The position numbers and the translations under genes are program-made. Positions 1 to 11,436 of a stretch of DNA of 64,000 nt are shown here, in pieces. The notes beneath the pieces were generated by a model. It was not told the origin of the DNA. It worked only from the letters and a program-made list of their open reading frames with translations, and ran no database searches. Numbering within the stretch: position 1 is the stretch's first letter; every line of letters begins with the position of its first letter. The DNA lies in the NCBI GenBank assembly GCA_002269645.1, contig NIVC01003114.1:1-64000 (forward strand), given 5' to 3'. The DNA is from Macrostomum lignano. Taxonomy: Eukaryota.

Positions 1-3000
1 TCAAGTGATCACACGACATTTGCATAGTTTTCATCCCTTTGTACGTAAGTCATGTGAGTATGGTTGTTGTTTGATGGCGTTGTGAATGAGCCTTTATACT
101 CGTACTCACCCTGTTTGGATGAGTCACTAGTTCAGATCCACCCAGCCCACCCAGACCAAAGCTTTACCCTCAGCCAATCCCTCCACCATTCTACATACGT
201 AGGTAAGCACTCGTACGCTGTGGCTTGCTCTCTCTCTTCCTGAGCTGTACATACAAAGTATTATTGTACATTGGTGTGTGCTCTTTGCACCAAGCACTCG
301 CCAAACCACCCTCAGTCTTGTAATGCCATCGTGCTCATTTATGTTTTTCATCAATATAAACGTCAAACCTCAAACGTAAGGAGGTCCCATTTGAAGAGGT
401 TTGTTGTCCAACTCTGTCTAAAAGTGTTTCATCCAAACATTTAGTTGCAACGATTGTGCTTGTGTGTACACAGTTTTTGTCATGCCACTGTCACACAAAG
501 ATTGCCTCAATCGGATCTGCATTTTGTGCTTTTCGAAGGCAAAAGAGTTGCAATCCGTTACGCCCTGGATGCTGGCCATCATCAATCAGCACAGTGGCTG
601 GCTCTACGATCTGCACGATAATCGCGTTCCTAAGGCAATTTTGGCACGTGCAGATTCGCTCTGCAGCAGCTGGAGAAGGGCCAACGGGCTGATGTGCCAC
701 CGATGTATGACTTCAGGGATGTGCAGCCACTGCCGGTGACCCGATCAGTGGGCCAAGATCAATGCGACTGTAAGATCTGCAGCACTGCCAGATGCAGAGT
801 CCATCCTCCAGAAGCCAACGTCCCAAAGCGGTCTGTTGGGCGGCCAAGTTTGACGGTGGACGAGGCTACAACGCCCAAGCCCAAAATGGTCAAGGTCTGC
901 TCCTTCTGCATCAGTCCTATTGGCAGGGGCAAGCCGCACACATGCAACAGACTCACAAGACTGCAGAATGCGCATGCCCTGTTGCAGGAAGCGTCCCCGG
1001 AATTCCCAGAGCGGCTCGCCACAACAATTGTGCGGCAGAAACTTATTACTTCAGGCTCCGGAGACACAGCCTCGGGCATCACCGTGCTGGCATCCAACGC
1101 TGGACCCTCAATGAGGCTGGCCGTGAATCTGCCGCCTCCGAAGCCAACAGCAGTCTTCACGGCGGATAATATGCGTCATCTGCAAGGTGAGCTGGGCCTC
1201 AGTTCGCGCAAAATGGAGGTTGTACTTAGAAATCTTTGGTCTTCGATTGGCGCCTCAGCTGTCCAGAGCAACATCCGGCAGACATTGAGGGAGATGGATC
1301 ACGAACTGGATGACCTCTTCCAAGCAAAGCAGCTGGCGTTTATCGAGAAGAGAGGGGAAGGCAGACTCCAGCTGAGCAGTGGGCCGTTGTCTGCACTGAT
1401 GTGGTCAAGCTCCTGGGCTGCATGATTGCAAACCGCCGGCTGATGGATGTTGCTTCCACAGTCGTCAGAATTGGAATCGATGGTGGAGGTGGGTTCTTGA
1501 AGCTCTCGATATCCGTTTTTGACCTGTGCGTGTGTGCTGGTGAGGAGCAGCAGAAGGGGGCTGATCGCCGATTCCTCGACACTGGCGTGCATCGGGCCGT
1601 CATCCTTGGCATCGCTCCCAACACGCAGGAGAACCACAGGAACCTGGAGTGTTTCTGGGAGAGCTGCCGCCTGCAGCTTCTGTCGGCGAACATCAGCATC
1701 GCGTGCGACCTGAAGCTTGCCAACATCCTGCTCGGCTTGATGGCCCACAGCAGCTCGCATCCCTGCACCTGGTGCAACGTCAATAAAGGGAGCCTTGACA
1801 GCTGCGGCGAGCCAAGGACCTTTGGCAGCCTCAGTGAGAAATACCAGGCCTACCTGGCTGCTGGTGGTGAACGCCAACTAGCTAAGCACTTCGATAACGT
1901 CGTCCAGCCCAGCATCTTTTCCGCTGGAGTTGAAGTCCCGGTGTTGCACATTGTCCCTCCGCCGGAGCTGCACCTGCTGACCGGTGCGGTCCATGTACTG
2001 TACGAGGGTCTGCATGGTGTGTGGCCCGAGAGCGAAGCTTGGCTTACAGCTTGCAATGTCCAACATGACAAGCATCACGGTGGCAGCTTCACTGGCAATG
2101 CGAGCCGCAAGTTGCTGCGCAACGTGGACCTGCTAGAAGCAATGTGCCCGATGGCAGCGCTGCCATTTGTTGCCGCCCTTCGAGCGTTGAACTCGGTCGT
2201 GGTGTCATGCTTCGGGAGTGAGCTGCGTCCCAATTTCGAGCAGGCGATTCAGGAATTTCGCACCAGTTATGCCGATCTCGGCATTTCCATCAGTCCAAAA
2301 ATCCACGCGATTTTACACCACGTTGGTGACTTCTGCCGCGCCAAAGACAAAACAGGCCTGGGGCCATGGAGCGAACAATGCACAGAGTCGATGCACAGAG
2401 ACTTCCTCCTGCATTGGGAGAGATACAAGGTGGCGAGCACGCATCCTCTCTTCGCTGAAAGGCTCCTGGCAGCTGTGCGGTGTTACAACAGTCACCATTT
2501 GTGAGCGTTTTGTGGAAAGTGCGAATCCAGAACTGCAACAGTTGAACTGCAACGAAAGTATTGGACAGTTATGAAGTCAGAAAATTTAGTAGCACAATTT
2601 TTCGACCCACTCAGTTATTGTAGTCAAAACCTCCAGGAAAATCAACCCGCTAAATGTCCCCTTTGAAGTCTATATATTAAATTGCAATTGTAACGATTCT
2701 AATTTGAATTGTAAGGTAATACAAAACCTTGTACGATAGGGGTGCTTTCACAAACCCGAAATTTCATAGCATCAAAAACATATTCACATGGTTTGGGGTT
2801 ATATATTAAGGTGAAAGAATATAAAAAATAATTTTTATGTTGTAAAATTTGGGGTTTGTGAAATGCCACAGCACCATGCTGCTTTGAGTTGTTTTACTTC
2901 ATGTAAGACAGTGTGCTAAGCTTCGAGTAGATTTAAAATATGCATACAATATAATATTCATGGACTTGCTGAAAAAAATTGTGAATTTGTTTCGATTTAA

Positions 3001-3239
3001 ATTGTAATAACTCTTCTTTAATACGCATATTGACAACAATTTGAAAGAATTCAATTACATTGCAGTAAATTTCCAATATAATCTATGGTAAAAACAGAAA
3101 ATTGTTTTTTAAGCTAAAACGAACGAGTACAATTTTAATTTTTTCTTCCATGGAATCCTTAATAACTCGATTGTCAATTGTGACAAATAACTTTTCCGGT
3201 GAATTTTTAAAGCAATTTTCCACCTATGGTAGCACCGTG
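1..3239 (+). mobile_element. DNA transposon carrying the transposase; candidate right end ...CACCGTG at 3233-3239, left end probably outside the window
   Basis: The reverse complement of the end reads CACGGTGCTACC..., matching the CAC...GTG termini of Chapaev/Transib elements. No matching left TIR was seen in 1-464. Confidence 0.45.
464..2504 (+). pseudogene. DDE transposase of the Chapaev/Transib/RAG1-related group, interrupted by two frameshifts
   Basis: Three ORFs (464, 694, 1401) join by frameshifts at ~641-642 (restoring PKAI-C-GTC) and ~1351-1358 (restoring WAVVCTDV). N-terminal H-x7-C-x2-C...P-x3-C-x2-C zinc finger. Core motifs RIGIDGG, CDLKLANILLG, HPCTWC, ELHLLTG, FTGNASRKLL, KIHAILHH and WSEQCTESMH parallel RAG1 SCDG, YDEK, CTLC, ALH, MNGNFARKL, HKTLAH and SEGNES. 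Confidence 0.85.
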
Positions 3240-4659
3240 AATAGGAATAGCTCTAGCTCACAGCACAAGCAAAATTTTTTGATAGGATTTTTTCTAGTAC
3301 AAGGTGCAATCAGATTTTTTGATAGCATTTGATGGCACAATCAAACTTTTTTTATAATTTTTTTCCAGTGCAGGTATGCTATTATCTTGACTATGGCATT
3401 GGAATTAGTCTTGCTTACCTAATATAAAAATAGATTGTTTAAATATGTATAAAACATAATTTACTTTTAGAAACTAGGTTTTAGACCCAACTAATTTTAA
3501 AATAAAATCATTTATATTGAAAAACTGGAAAATCTTTTTTTCAATCAATATTTTAAATATATTTTTTTCTTTTTCTTTTTTTACAATTATTAAAGGATAT
3601 AAAAAGGTAAGTAATACTAGCAATAATATTTTTAATGCAACTTGCAATGAATGTGTAGATCAATATTAATAATAATAATAATAATAATAATATAGATATA
3701 TATCAAATGTCCAGCAAAAATGGGCCATAGGGTCACTTTCTAAGGTATATAGGCTACATCTAGGAATCACCAAGTATGTGCTAGGGCCAAGAGGCATTTT
3801 AAGAATGAAGGACATTTTTGGCATTTTGCATTACTCTAACAATGGTAGCATACTAACAAAACAATCTTGCTATAAGGAGCATACCAAATAACATTGCCAA
3901 CCTTTGATATTTAGGCCATTCTGTGCATTCTATTAGTATCTCCAACAGTCTAGGCATTCTATTAGTATAATAGTCATAATCTGTTAGACTTTATAATAGC
4001 CTATACTCTATAATGGCTTATAATAGTTAGTTATTATGTCAGTTTGACTATATACATTTGAATATTGTTATATAATCAATATTATATATTATTTACTCTT
4101 ACTCTTACTTTTTTTACAATCCTTATTTACCAAGCCTATAATTGCTGTAGCTTCTGCTGCATAGCATCCAATTGACAATAGTAAACTTTGGTTATGATAG
4201 TAATGCAATTTTATAAGTACTTCATATGCATTCTTTTATAAAATATCTATTATATATGTAAGCATTACCTTGAAATATAGGTCATACTGGTGAATAGTCA
4301 TTTAAAATCCAGTCTCATGTTTAAGATGAGATTTTCTAAGATAAGATGATTCAGTTACATATTTTGTTACATCATTATGCTAAGAATCATAAAATAGATT
4401 CATAAAACCAGTGAGCCAAGTTGTGCACCATTCCTTATGATTTTAGGCACTGAATATACATTTTTATGTATGAATATAAAGTTGACAATAAAATACCAAT
4501 CTTCTAAACAAAAATATTTACAAATATCAACCAATAGAACTAAAAGAAAGACAGTGCACATCAAAAGTTTAACAACTGGATCTGCTTCCTATCAAAAGCA
4601 ATAACAGTTTAGCTCTGAAAAATGAATACCTCCTATCTCCATATTGCATTTTTGGTACT

Positions 4660-5045
4660 TAGAATCTCATCTTAGAATCGCCCCATAGAATCCTCCATAG
4701 AATCGCCTTTTAGAATCGCCCCATAGAATCGCCTCTTAGAATCGCCCCATAGAATCGCCCCTTAGAATCACCTCTTAGAATGGCCCCTTAAAATCGCCCC
4801 ATAGAATCGCCCCTTAGAATCTCTCCGTAGAATCGCCCTTTAGAATCGCCCCATAGAATCGCCCCATAGAATCCTCCATAGAATCGCCCCTTAGAATCTC
4901 CATATAATCACCCTTTAGAATCGCCCCATAGAATCGCCTCTTAGAATCGCCCCATAGAATCGCCGATTAGAATCGCCCCGTAGAATCGCCCCATAGAATC
5001 GCCCTGTAGAATCGCCTTTTAAAATCGCCCCATAGAATCGCCTAT
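4660..5045. repeat. ~13-bp minisatellite GAATCGCCCC(A/T)TA
   Basis: Direct reading; same unit recurs at ~8030-8050 and ~8415-8585. Confidence 0.9.
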
Positions 5046-5144
5046 CTCCATAATGTATTTTTTTCGGTAAAACATGCCTCCTAAAAGTTTCCAAGAAAAA
5101 TTCAGCTCCAAGAAATTTCTCATCCAATCATATATATATCTGAG

Positions 5145-5639
5145 ATGATGGCACTGATTGCAGCCAGAATGAGAGTACTATTCGCTATTGACAGCAGCGA
5201 GCACGCCAAACGTGCATTGACTTGGTTTGCCAAACTATACGCCAATCGTTTATCGCCTGGCGACACGGCTCTGCTGTTTCTGTTTGTGGCCGAGCCGCCG
5301 TCCTTCGGTCCGAGCCTGTCCACGCCGGAGCTGTACGCCGGCGCAATCAACGATGCCGTCGCTGAAGGCCGCTCCCTGGCCGTGGAGATCAAGACCACCT
5401 GCGCTCGGCTGGGGCTCGCCAGTTTGGCCAATCGGCTGGAATTTCTCGAACGGCTGGGCCACGGAGCTGGCCCGTCTATAGTTCAGGTGGCTCACGAGGA
5501 AGCCGTCGAGCTTATTGTTATGGGTAGCCGCGGCTCCGGCCTACTTCGGCGCACCTTTCTAGGCAGCGTTAGCGACTACGTGCTGCATCATTCTCATGTG
5601 CCTGTGATTGTTGTGCCGCCCCCTGCGGTGCAGCACTAG
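5145..5639 (+). CDS. Universal stress protein (UspA family), intronless; true start may be the ATG at 5169
   Basis: RVLFAIDSSEHA N-terminal strand; ELIVMGSRGSGLLRRTFLGSVSDYVLHHSHVPVIVV C-terminal USP signature. Confidence 0.93.
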   Translation: MMALIAARMRVLFAIDSSEHAKRALTWFAKLYANRLSPGDTALLFLFVAEPPSFGPSLSTPELYAGAINDAVAEGRSLAVEIKTTCARLGLASLANRLEFLERLGHGAGPSIVQVAHEEAVELIVMGSRGSGLLRRTFLGSVSDYVLHHSHVPVIVVPPPAVQH

Positions 5640-5864
5640 TGATGTATATAATCATATTGTGTTTAGTTCTATATCGGCAAATATTTCCTTCTTTCTACTA
5701 TTAGTAGCTTGATAGCTTGAATTTAGGGAATATATAGGATTTAACCGTGCTACTACCGATTGAGGAAAATTTCTCTCAGCAAGATCAGCAAAACAAATAT
5801 TTATCAGATATTTAAAGATCCTAAATTATGCGCAAATGATCCTTAATCTAACCCATAGAAACAG

Positions 5865-6525
5865 CCCTTAAACACCCAATGGAATGGGCCCTTTTTTAAA
5901 CACCTCAAAAAATGGGAACTTACAACACCTCAAAGAATCGGCCCTTAAACACCCCATAGAATCGGCCCTTAAACACCCCAAAGAATCGGCCCTTAAACAC
6001 CCCAAAGAATCGGCCCTTAAACACCCCATAGAATCGGCCCTTAAACACCCCAAAGAATCGGCCCTTAAACACCCCAAAGAATCGGCCCTTAAACACCCCA
6101 CAGAATCGGCCCTTAAACACCCCATAGAATCGGCCCTTAAACACCCCACAGAATCGGCCCTTAAACACCCCAAAGAATCGGCCCTTAAACACCCTATAAA
6201 ATTGGCCCTTAAACACCCCAAAAAATTGGCCCTTAAACACCCCATAGAATCGGCCCTTAAACACCCAAAGAATTGGCCCTTAAACACCCCATAGAATCGG
6301 CCCTTAAACACCTCATAGAATCGGCCCTTAAACACCCCATAGAATCGGCCCTTAAACACCCCAAAGAATCGGCTCTTAAACACCCCACAGAATCGGCCCT
6401 TAAACACCCCAAAGAATCGGCCCTTAAACACCCTATAAAATTGGCCCTTAAACACCCCAAAGAATCGGCCCTTAAACACCCCATAGAATCGGCCCTAAAC
6501 ACCCCACAGAATCGGTCCTTAAACA
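5865..6525. repeat. 24-bp minisatellite GGCCCTTAAACACCCCATAGAATC
   Basis: Direct reading, ~27 copies. Confidence 0.92.
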
Positions 6526-7314
6526 TCATATTCTATAATGCATGCACTTTTGCTTACCGAACACAAACGGTTTGGCATAATATGTTATTGTGGTTGTTCA
6601 TGGCTGCCATTTTGTCGTTTGAACTTTGTGTTAGTTATGTGTCTAGTTTTATTTATTTATCTATTAGTTGATGTTTATCCTTGTCACATGTAAATATACA
6701 GGTGCAGAAAGTTTCTCATTAATTATTATTATTATGAAGTGATGTGCTTGATCATCATTTTTTCAAAAAATATTTACATAGAGCAATAGTTTTCGCAAGA
6801 GAACACAAAAAGGTATAATTCTGAATTAATTTTGCTTAGAGGGGCGATGTAGCGTTCCTTCAAAGTCAGTAATTTTTATTCGTTTCGTTAGTTGTGTCTT
6901 GTGTCTACTAGTCTATTCCTGTCTGCCTGTTCTGTCCTGTCATATCTTGTTTTTTATTTTTCTGTATTTTCCACCTGGAGGCCATAAGCAGTTTTAGTTG
7001 CATTCTTTCAAGGCTAAGAGTAAACTTCGTCAGATGCTCAACTTTTATGCGCACTGTTTTTCTTGTTTCGACCCGGTCAGCTCTTGTCATTGCAGTGTCT
7101 CTTGTTTATCTTGGCAGGCTTTTTTGGTGGCTGTGCCATTGTCAGGCTAGGGTATATGTACTCCAGTTTTCAGGAACGAAAGCTAGCTAGGCCAATGTTT
7201 TTCATTGTCTCTGGCAGGGCTAATTTCTTAGCTTTCATATTTTCGCATCGTCTTCAGTTTTATGTGAGTTTTTGGCAGCTAACTTTTTTGTTCTAAGGTA
7301 ACTATGTTTTGAAG

Positions 7315-7650
7315 TACCTGTCTAAAGACACTGTCTTCAGATACTGGCTTGTCTAAAGACACTGTCCTCGGTACTGATCTGTCTAAAGACACTGTGTTCG
7401 GGTACTGATCTGTCTAAAGACACTGTGTTCGGGTACTGATCTGTCTGAAGACACTGTCCTCAGGTACTGATCTGTCTAAAGACACTGTCCTCGGGTACTG
7501 ATCTGTCTTAAGACACTGTCCTCGGGTACTGATCTGTCTAAAGACACTGTCCTCGGGTACTGATCTGTCTAAAGACACTGTCCTCGGGTACTGATCTGTC
7601 TTAAGACACTGTCCTCGGGTACTGATCTGTCTAAAGACAGTGCCCTCAGG
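7315..7650. repeat. 31-bp minisatellite CTGATCTGTCTAAAGACACTGTCCTCGGGTA
   Basis: ~10 copies directly upstream of USP2. Confidence 0.9.
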
Positions 7651-7761
7651 TAACTGGCCTGTCCTCAGTGTCTAGAGACATTCTCATCGGGTACCTTTCT
7701 TAACTAGACAAACCTTTTGGTTGGTTTGGTACAGCCATCACCATCCCTAATTGCAGCCACA

Positions 7762-8848
7762 ATGACTCGCAAGATCCTCATGCCCATGGATGGCGGGCAG
7801 CACAGTCACCGGGCGCTAAACTGGTACGTTCGCAATTTCAACGCGCGCGATGACGAGCTGGTGTTCGCCTTTGTTGCCGAGCCGCCGCGCTCTGCCATCG
7901 GTGATGTCACATCTGCGGACAAAGTGTCTTCCAGCATGGCTGAGAACATTGCCAAGGCGAAGGCACTGGCGAACGATGCGTCGCAAAAGTGCGTGTTAAT
8001 ATCAATAGCAAAGCGATTCTTTAGGAGGAATTCCTCTTAGAATCGCCCCATTTTTTTATTAGAGGCAGGGGGGTTGTGTGCACCCTGGCGCACTTTAAGC
8101 GACATAGGCACACAACCGGCGAGAGGCATTACTGCCCATTCCGCCGACTCCCCTGAGCAGGCATACAAGCGCGCGGATACGTACGCAGGCACACACTCAC
8201 ACAGGAGTGTACAGCGGCCCTAACTTTATATTATCGTTAGGCATGTACACTTCACTGCGCCTTGGGGTGTTGGCTCTCAAGGCCGTTAATTGCACGAGCA
8301 GAGCCAAGCCGAGATTCCAATTCAGCCCCAAATTAATGTGACTGCACTTGGAATCGAGCCTGGGTCGCTGGCACACCAGAGCAGCTGCGCTACCGCTGGG
8401 CTACGCCCCACTTCGCCCCATGGAATCGCCCCATAGAATCGCCTCAAATAATCGCCTCTTAAAATCGCCCCATAGAATTGACTCATAGAATCGCCTTTTA
8501 GAATTGCCCCCCATAGAATCGCCCCACAGAATCGCCCAATAAAATCGCCCAATGAAAAGCCCCATAGAATCGCCTCTTAGAAATGGGCTCCTATCAAACC
8601 CAACTCGCAGATGCACGGAGCTGGGCGTGAAGGCCCGCATCAGATTCCTGGAGCGAGTTGAGCACAATGCCGGCCAGGCAATCGTAGACCTGGCCAACGA
8701 AGAGAACGCCGATGTCATCCTGATTGGCAATCGGGGCATTCGCGGCATCAAGAAGGCCTTCCTAGGCAGCGTTAGCGACTACGTGCTGCACCATTCGCAC
8801 AGAACCACCATCATTGTGCCGCCGCCGCCCAAGGACACTCATCATTGA
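7762..8848 (+). CDS. Universal stress protein paralog 2, two exons
   Basis: Exons 7762-7988 and 8611-8848; intron GTGCGT...TCGCAG keeps frame (SQK|CTELG). MTRKILMPMDGGQHS and ILIGNRGIRGIKKAFLGSVSDYVLHHSH motifs. Confidence 0.9.
8065..8300 (+). mobile_element. Dispersed repeat ('GTGTACA-hairpin' family), probably SINE-related
   Basis: Shares CATTCCGCYGACTCC and GTGTACA-GCGGC-CCTRAC...GTYAGG-CA-TGTACAC blocks with copies at ~20225-20345, 21395-21495 (-), 31490-31640, 41975-42060 (-), 44990-45195 (-) and 47430-47510. Confidence 0.7.
8310..8407 (-). mobile_element. tRNA-derived SINE head
   Basis: Minus strand GGGCGTAGCCCAGCGG (A box)...GGCTCGATTCC (B box); no complete cloverleaf. Confidence 0.65.
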
Positions 8849-9034
8849 TCTGCCAGCTGGATTGCCTCATTCATTGGAGGAGTAATACTTTTTAAAAAAC
8901 AGGAGCAGTCTTCCATTCCTTGTCGCGAGTTCTCATCCTTTTTGCGTACTTTTAACGTATGATGTCCTTTTACATTCCTAACATTTTCATTGGTTAGTTT
9001 TTTCTTTAAAATTGCAAATTCTTTTAGTTGTTTG

Positions 9035-10700
9035 ATGGCCGATTCTATGGGGTGTTTAAGGGCCGATTCTGTTGGGTGTTTAAGGGCCGATTCTGTTGGG
9101 TGTTTAAGGGCCGATTCTGTGGGGTGTTTAAGGCCAATTCTGTGGGATGTTTAAGGGCCAATTCTGTTGGGTGTTTAAGGGCCGATTCTGTTGGGTGTTT
9201 AAGGGCCGATTCTGTGGGGTGTTTAAGGGCCGATTCTGTTGGGTGTTTAAGGGCCGATTCTGTTGGGTGTTTAAGGGCCGATTCTGTGGGGTGTTTAAGG
9301 GCCAATTCTGTGGGTGTTTAAGGGCCGATTCTGTGGGGTGTTTAAGGGCCAATTCTGTTGGGTGTTTAAGGGCCGATTCTGTGGGGTGTTTAAGGGCCGA
9401 TTCTGTGGGGTGTTTAAGGGCCGATTCTGTGGGTGTTTAAGGGCCGATTCTGTGGGGTGTTTAAGGGCCAATTCTGTGGGGTGTTTAAGGGCCAATTCTG
9501 TTGGGTGTTTAAGGGCCGATTCTGTTGGGTGTTTAAGGGCCGATTCTGTGGGGTGTTTAAGGGCCGATTCTGTGGGGTGTTTAAGGGCCGATTCTGTTGG
9601 GTGTTTAAGGGCCAATTCTGTTGGGTGTTTAAGGGCCAATTCTGTGCGGTGTTTAAGGGCCAATTCTGTGGGTGTTTAAGGGCCGATTCTGTGGGTGTTT
9701 AAGGACCAATTCTGTGCGGTGTTTAAGGGCCAATTCTGTGCGGTGTTTAAGGGCCAATTCTGTGGGGTGTTTAAGGACCAATTCTGTGCGGTGTTTAAGG
9801 GCCAATTCTGTGGGTGTTTAAGGGCCGATTCTGTGGGTGTTTAAGGGCCGATTCTGTGGGGTGTTTAAGGGCCGATTCTGTGGGTGTTTAAGGGCCGATT
9901 CTGTGGGGTGTTTAGGGGCCAATTCTGTGTGGTGTTTAAGGGCCAATTCTGTGTGGTGTTTAAGGGCCGATTCTGTGGGTGTTTAAGGGCAATTCTGTGG
10001 GATGTTTAAGGGCCAATTCTGTTGGGTGTTTAAGGGCCGATTCTGTTGGGTGTTTAAGGGCCGATTCTGTGGGGTGTTTAAGGGCCGATTCTGTTGGGTG
10101 TTTAAGGGCCGATTCTGTTGGGTGTTTAAGGGCCGATTCTGTGGGGTGTTTAAGGGCCAATTCTGTGGGTGTTTAAGGGCCGATTCTGTGGGGTGTTTAA
10201 GGGCCAATTCTGTTGGGTGTTTAAGGGCCGATTCTGTGGGGTGTTTAAGGGCCGATTCTGTGGGGTGTTTAAGGGCCGATTCTGTGGGTGTTTAAGGGCC
10301 GATTCTGTGGGGTGTTTAAGGGCCAATTCTGTGGGGTGTTTAAGGGCCAATTCTGTTGGGTGTTTAAGGGCCGATTCTGTTGGGTGTTTAAGGGCCGATT
10401 CTGTGGGGTGTTTAAGGGCCGATTCTGTGGGGTGTTTAAGGGCCAATTCTGTGGGGTGTTTAAGGACCAATTCTGTGCGGTGTTTAAGGGCCAATTCTGT
10501 GGGTGTTTAAGGGCCGATTCTGTGGGTGTTTAAGGGCCGATTCTGTGGGGTGTTTAAGGGCCGATTCTGTGGGTGTTTAAGGGCCGATTCTGTGGGGTGT
10601 TTAAGGGCCAATTCTGTGTGGTGTTTAAGGGCCAATTCTGTGTGGTGTTTAAGGGCCGATTCTGTGGGTGTTTAAGGGCCAATTCTGTGTGGTGTTTAAG
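9035..10700. repeat. Same 24-bp minisatellite as 5865-6525 in inverted orientation, with an internal higher-order duplication
   Basis: Unit GTTTAAGGGCCGATTCTGTGGGGT is the reverse complement of the 5.9-kb unit; near-identical ORF translations at 9128-9352 and 9983-10207. Confidence 0.92.
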
Positions 10701-11436
10701 AGCAAGTGTTAGAGATGTTTTTATAGGTGGTGATTCCGGTCAGATATAAAGTACAGATCTGGAAATTATTCAGTGGCGATTTTCGATTGCTTAAAATCGA
10801 TGTCAGTGTCAGGAATAAATTGTATTTTTTTAATTAGAGATTTCGGTAAGCAGCTTATTTATTAAAAATTACCGTAAAACAAAATGTATAATATTTCCTG
10901 CCTTATCATACACACATTTTTAGTAAGGCTTGCGTTTTTTCTGGAATCTCAAAGAAAGTCGTTTTGTTCATTTTAATTTTTTTATTCATTACTTGATATG
11001 GTATATTTTTATACTATTCGTACTGTTTCCATTTTATGCCTTAAATATATCGTAAAACTTCACTCTGCTTTATAAGAGTGATATTTAAAAAAAAGCATTT
11101 TAAATGATAATCTTAATTTAACGAAAACGTTACCATGACAAGAATCGCTAGAGTCGTAGCAAACAACTCACAAGTGATTCTGGGCCGAATCTTGTGGCTT
11201 TTAGCGCTGTGTAAGCGCTTACGAGCTGTAACTTCCTACTAACCCCAGTAGATTAGGTAGAGTTGTTTTAAATGCAAAATGCTCTCTAAGACTAAGACGC
11301 TTCTTGGCCTGGATTACCGTTTTCATCGGGTCATTTATAAAGTATTTATTGTACTCTGGGTAAATAAAAAGTGATTTGCAGTCTCATATATATTGGAATC
11401 AATTTCAGCCAGTCAGCAAATTCTCGCGCAAACAGC

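Noticed and set aside
127-366. 79-aa minus-strand ORF upstream of the transposase
   Set aside because: No recognisable motif; not RAG2-like as far as can be seen
6900-7300. Possible decayed LINE RT fragment on -
   Set aside because: Only vague motif echoes (EDDAKI, LERMQ) across stops; not supportable without a profile search
11129-11142. Possible X-box upstream of FKBP8 (GTTACCATGACAAG)
   Set aside because: Second half-site departs from RGYAAC
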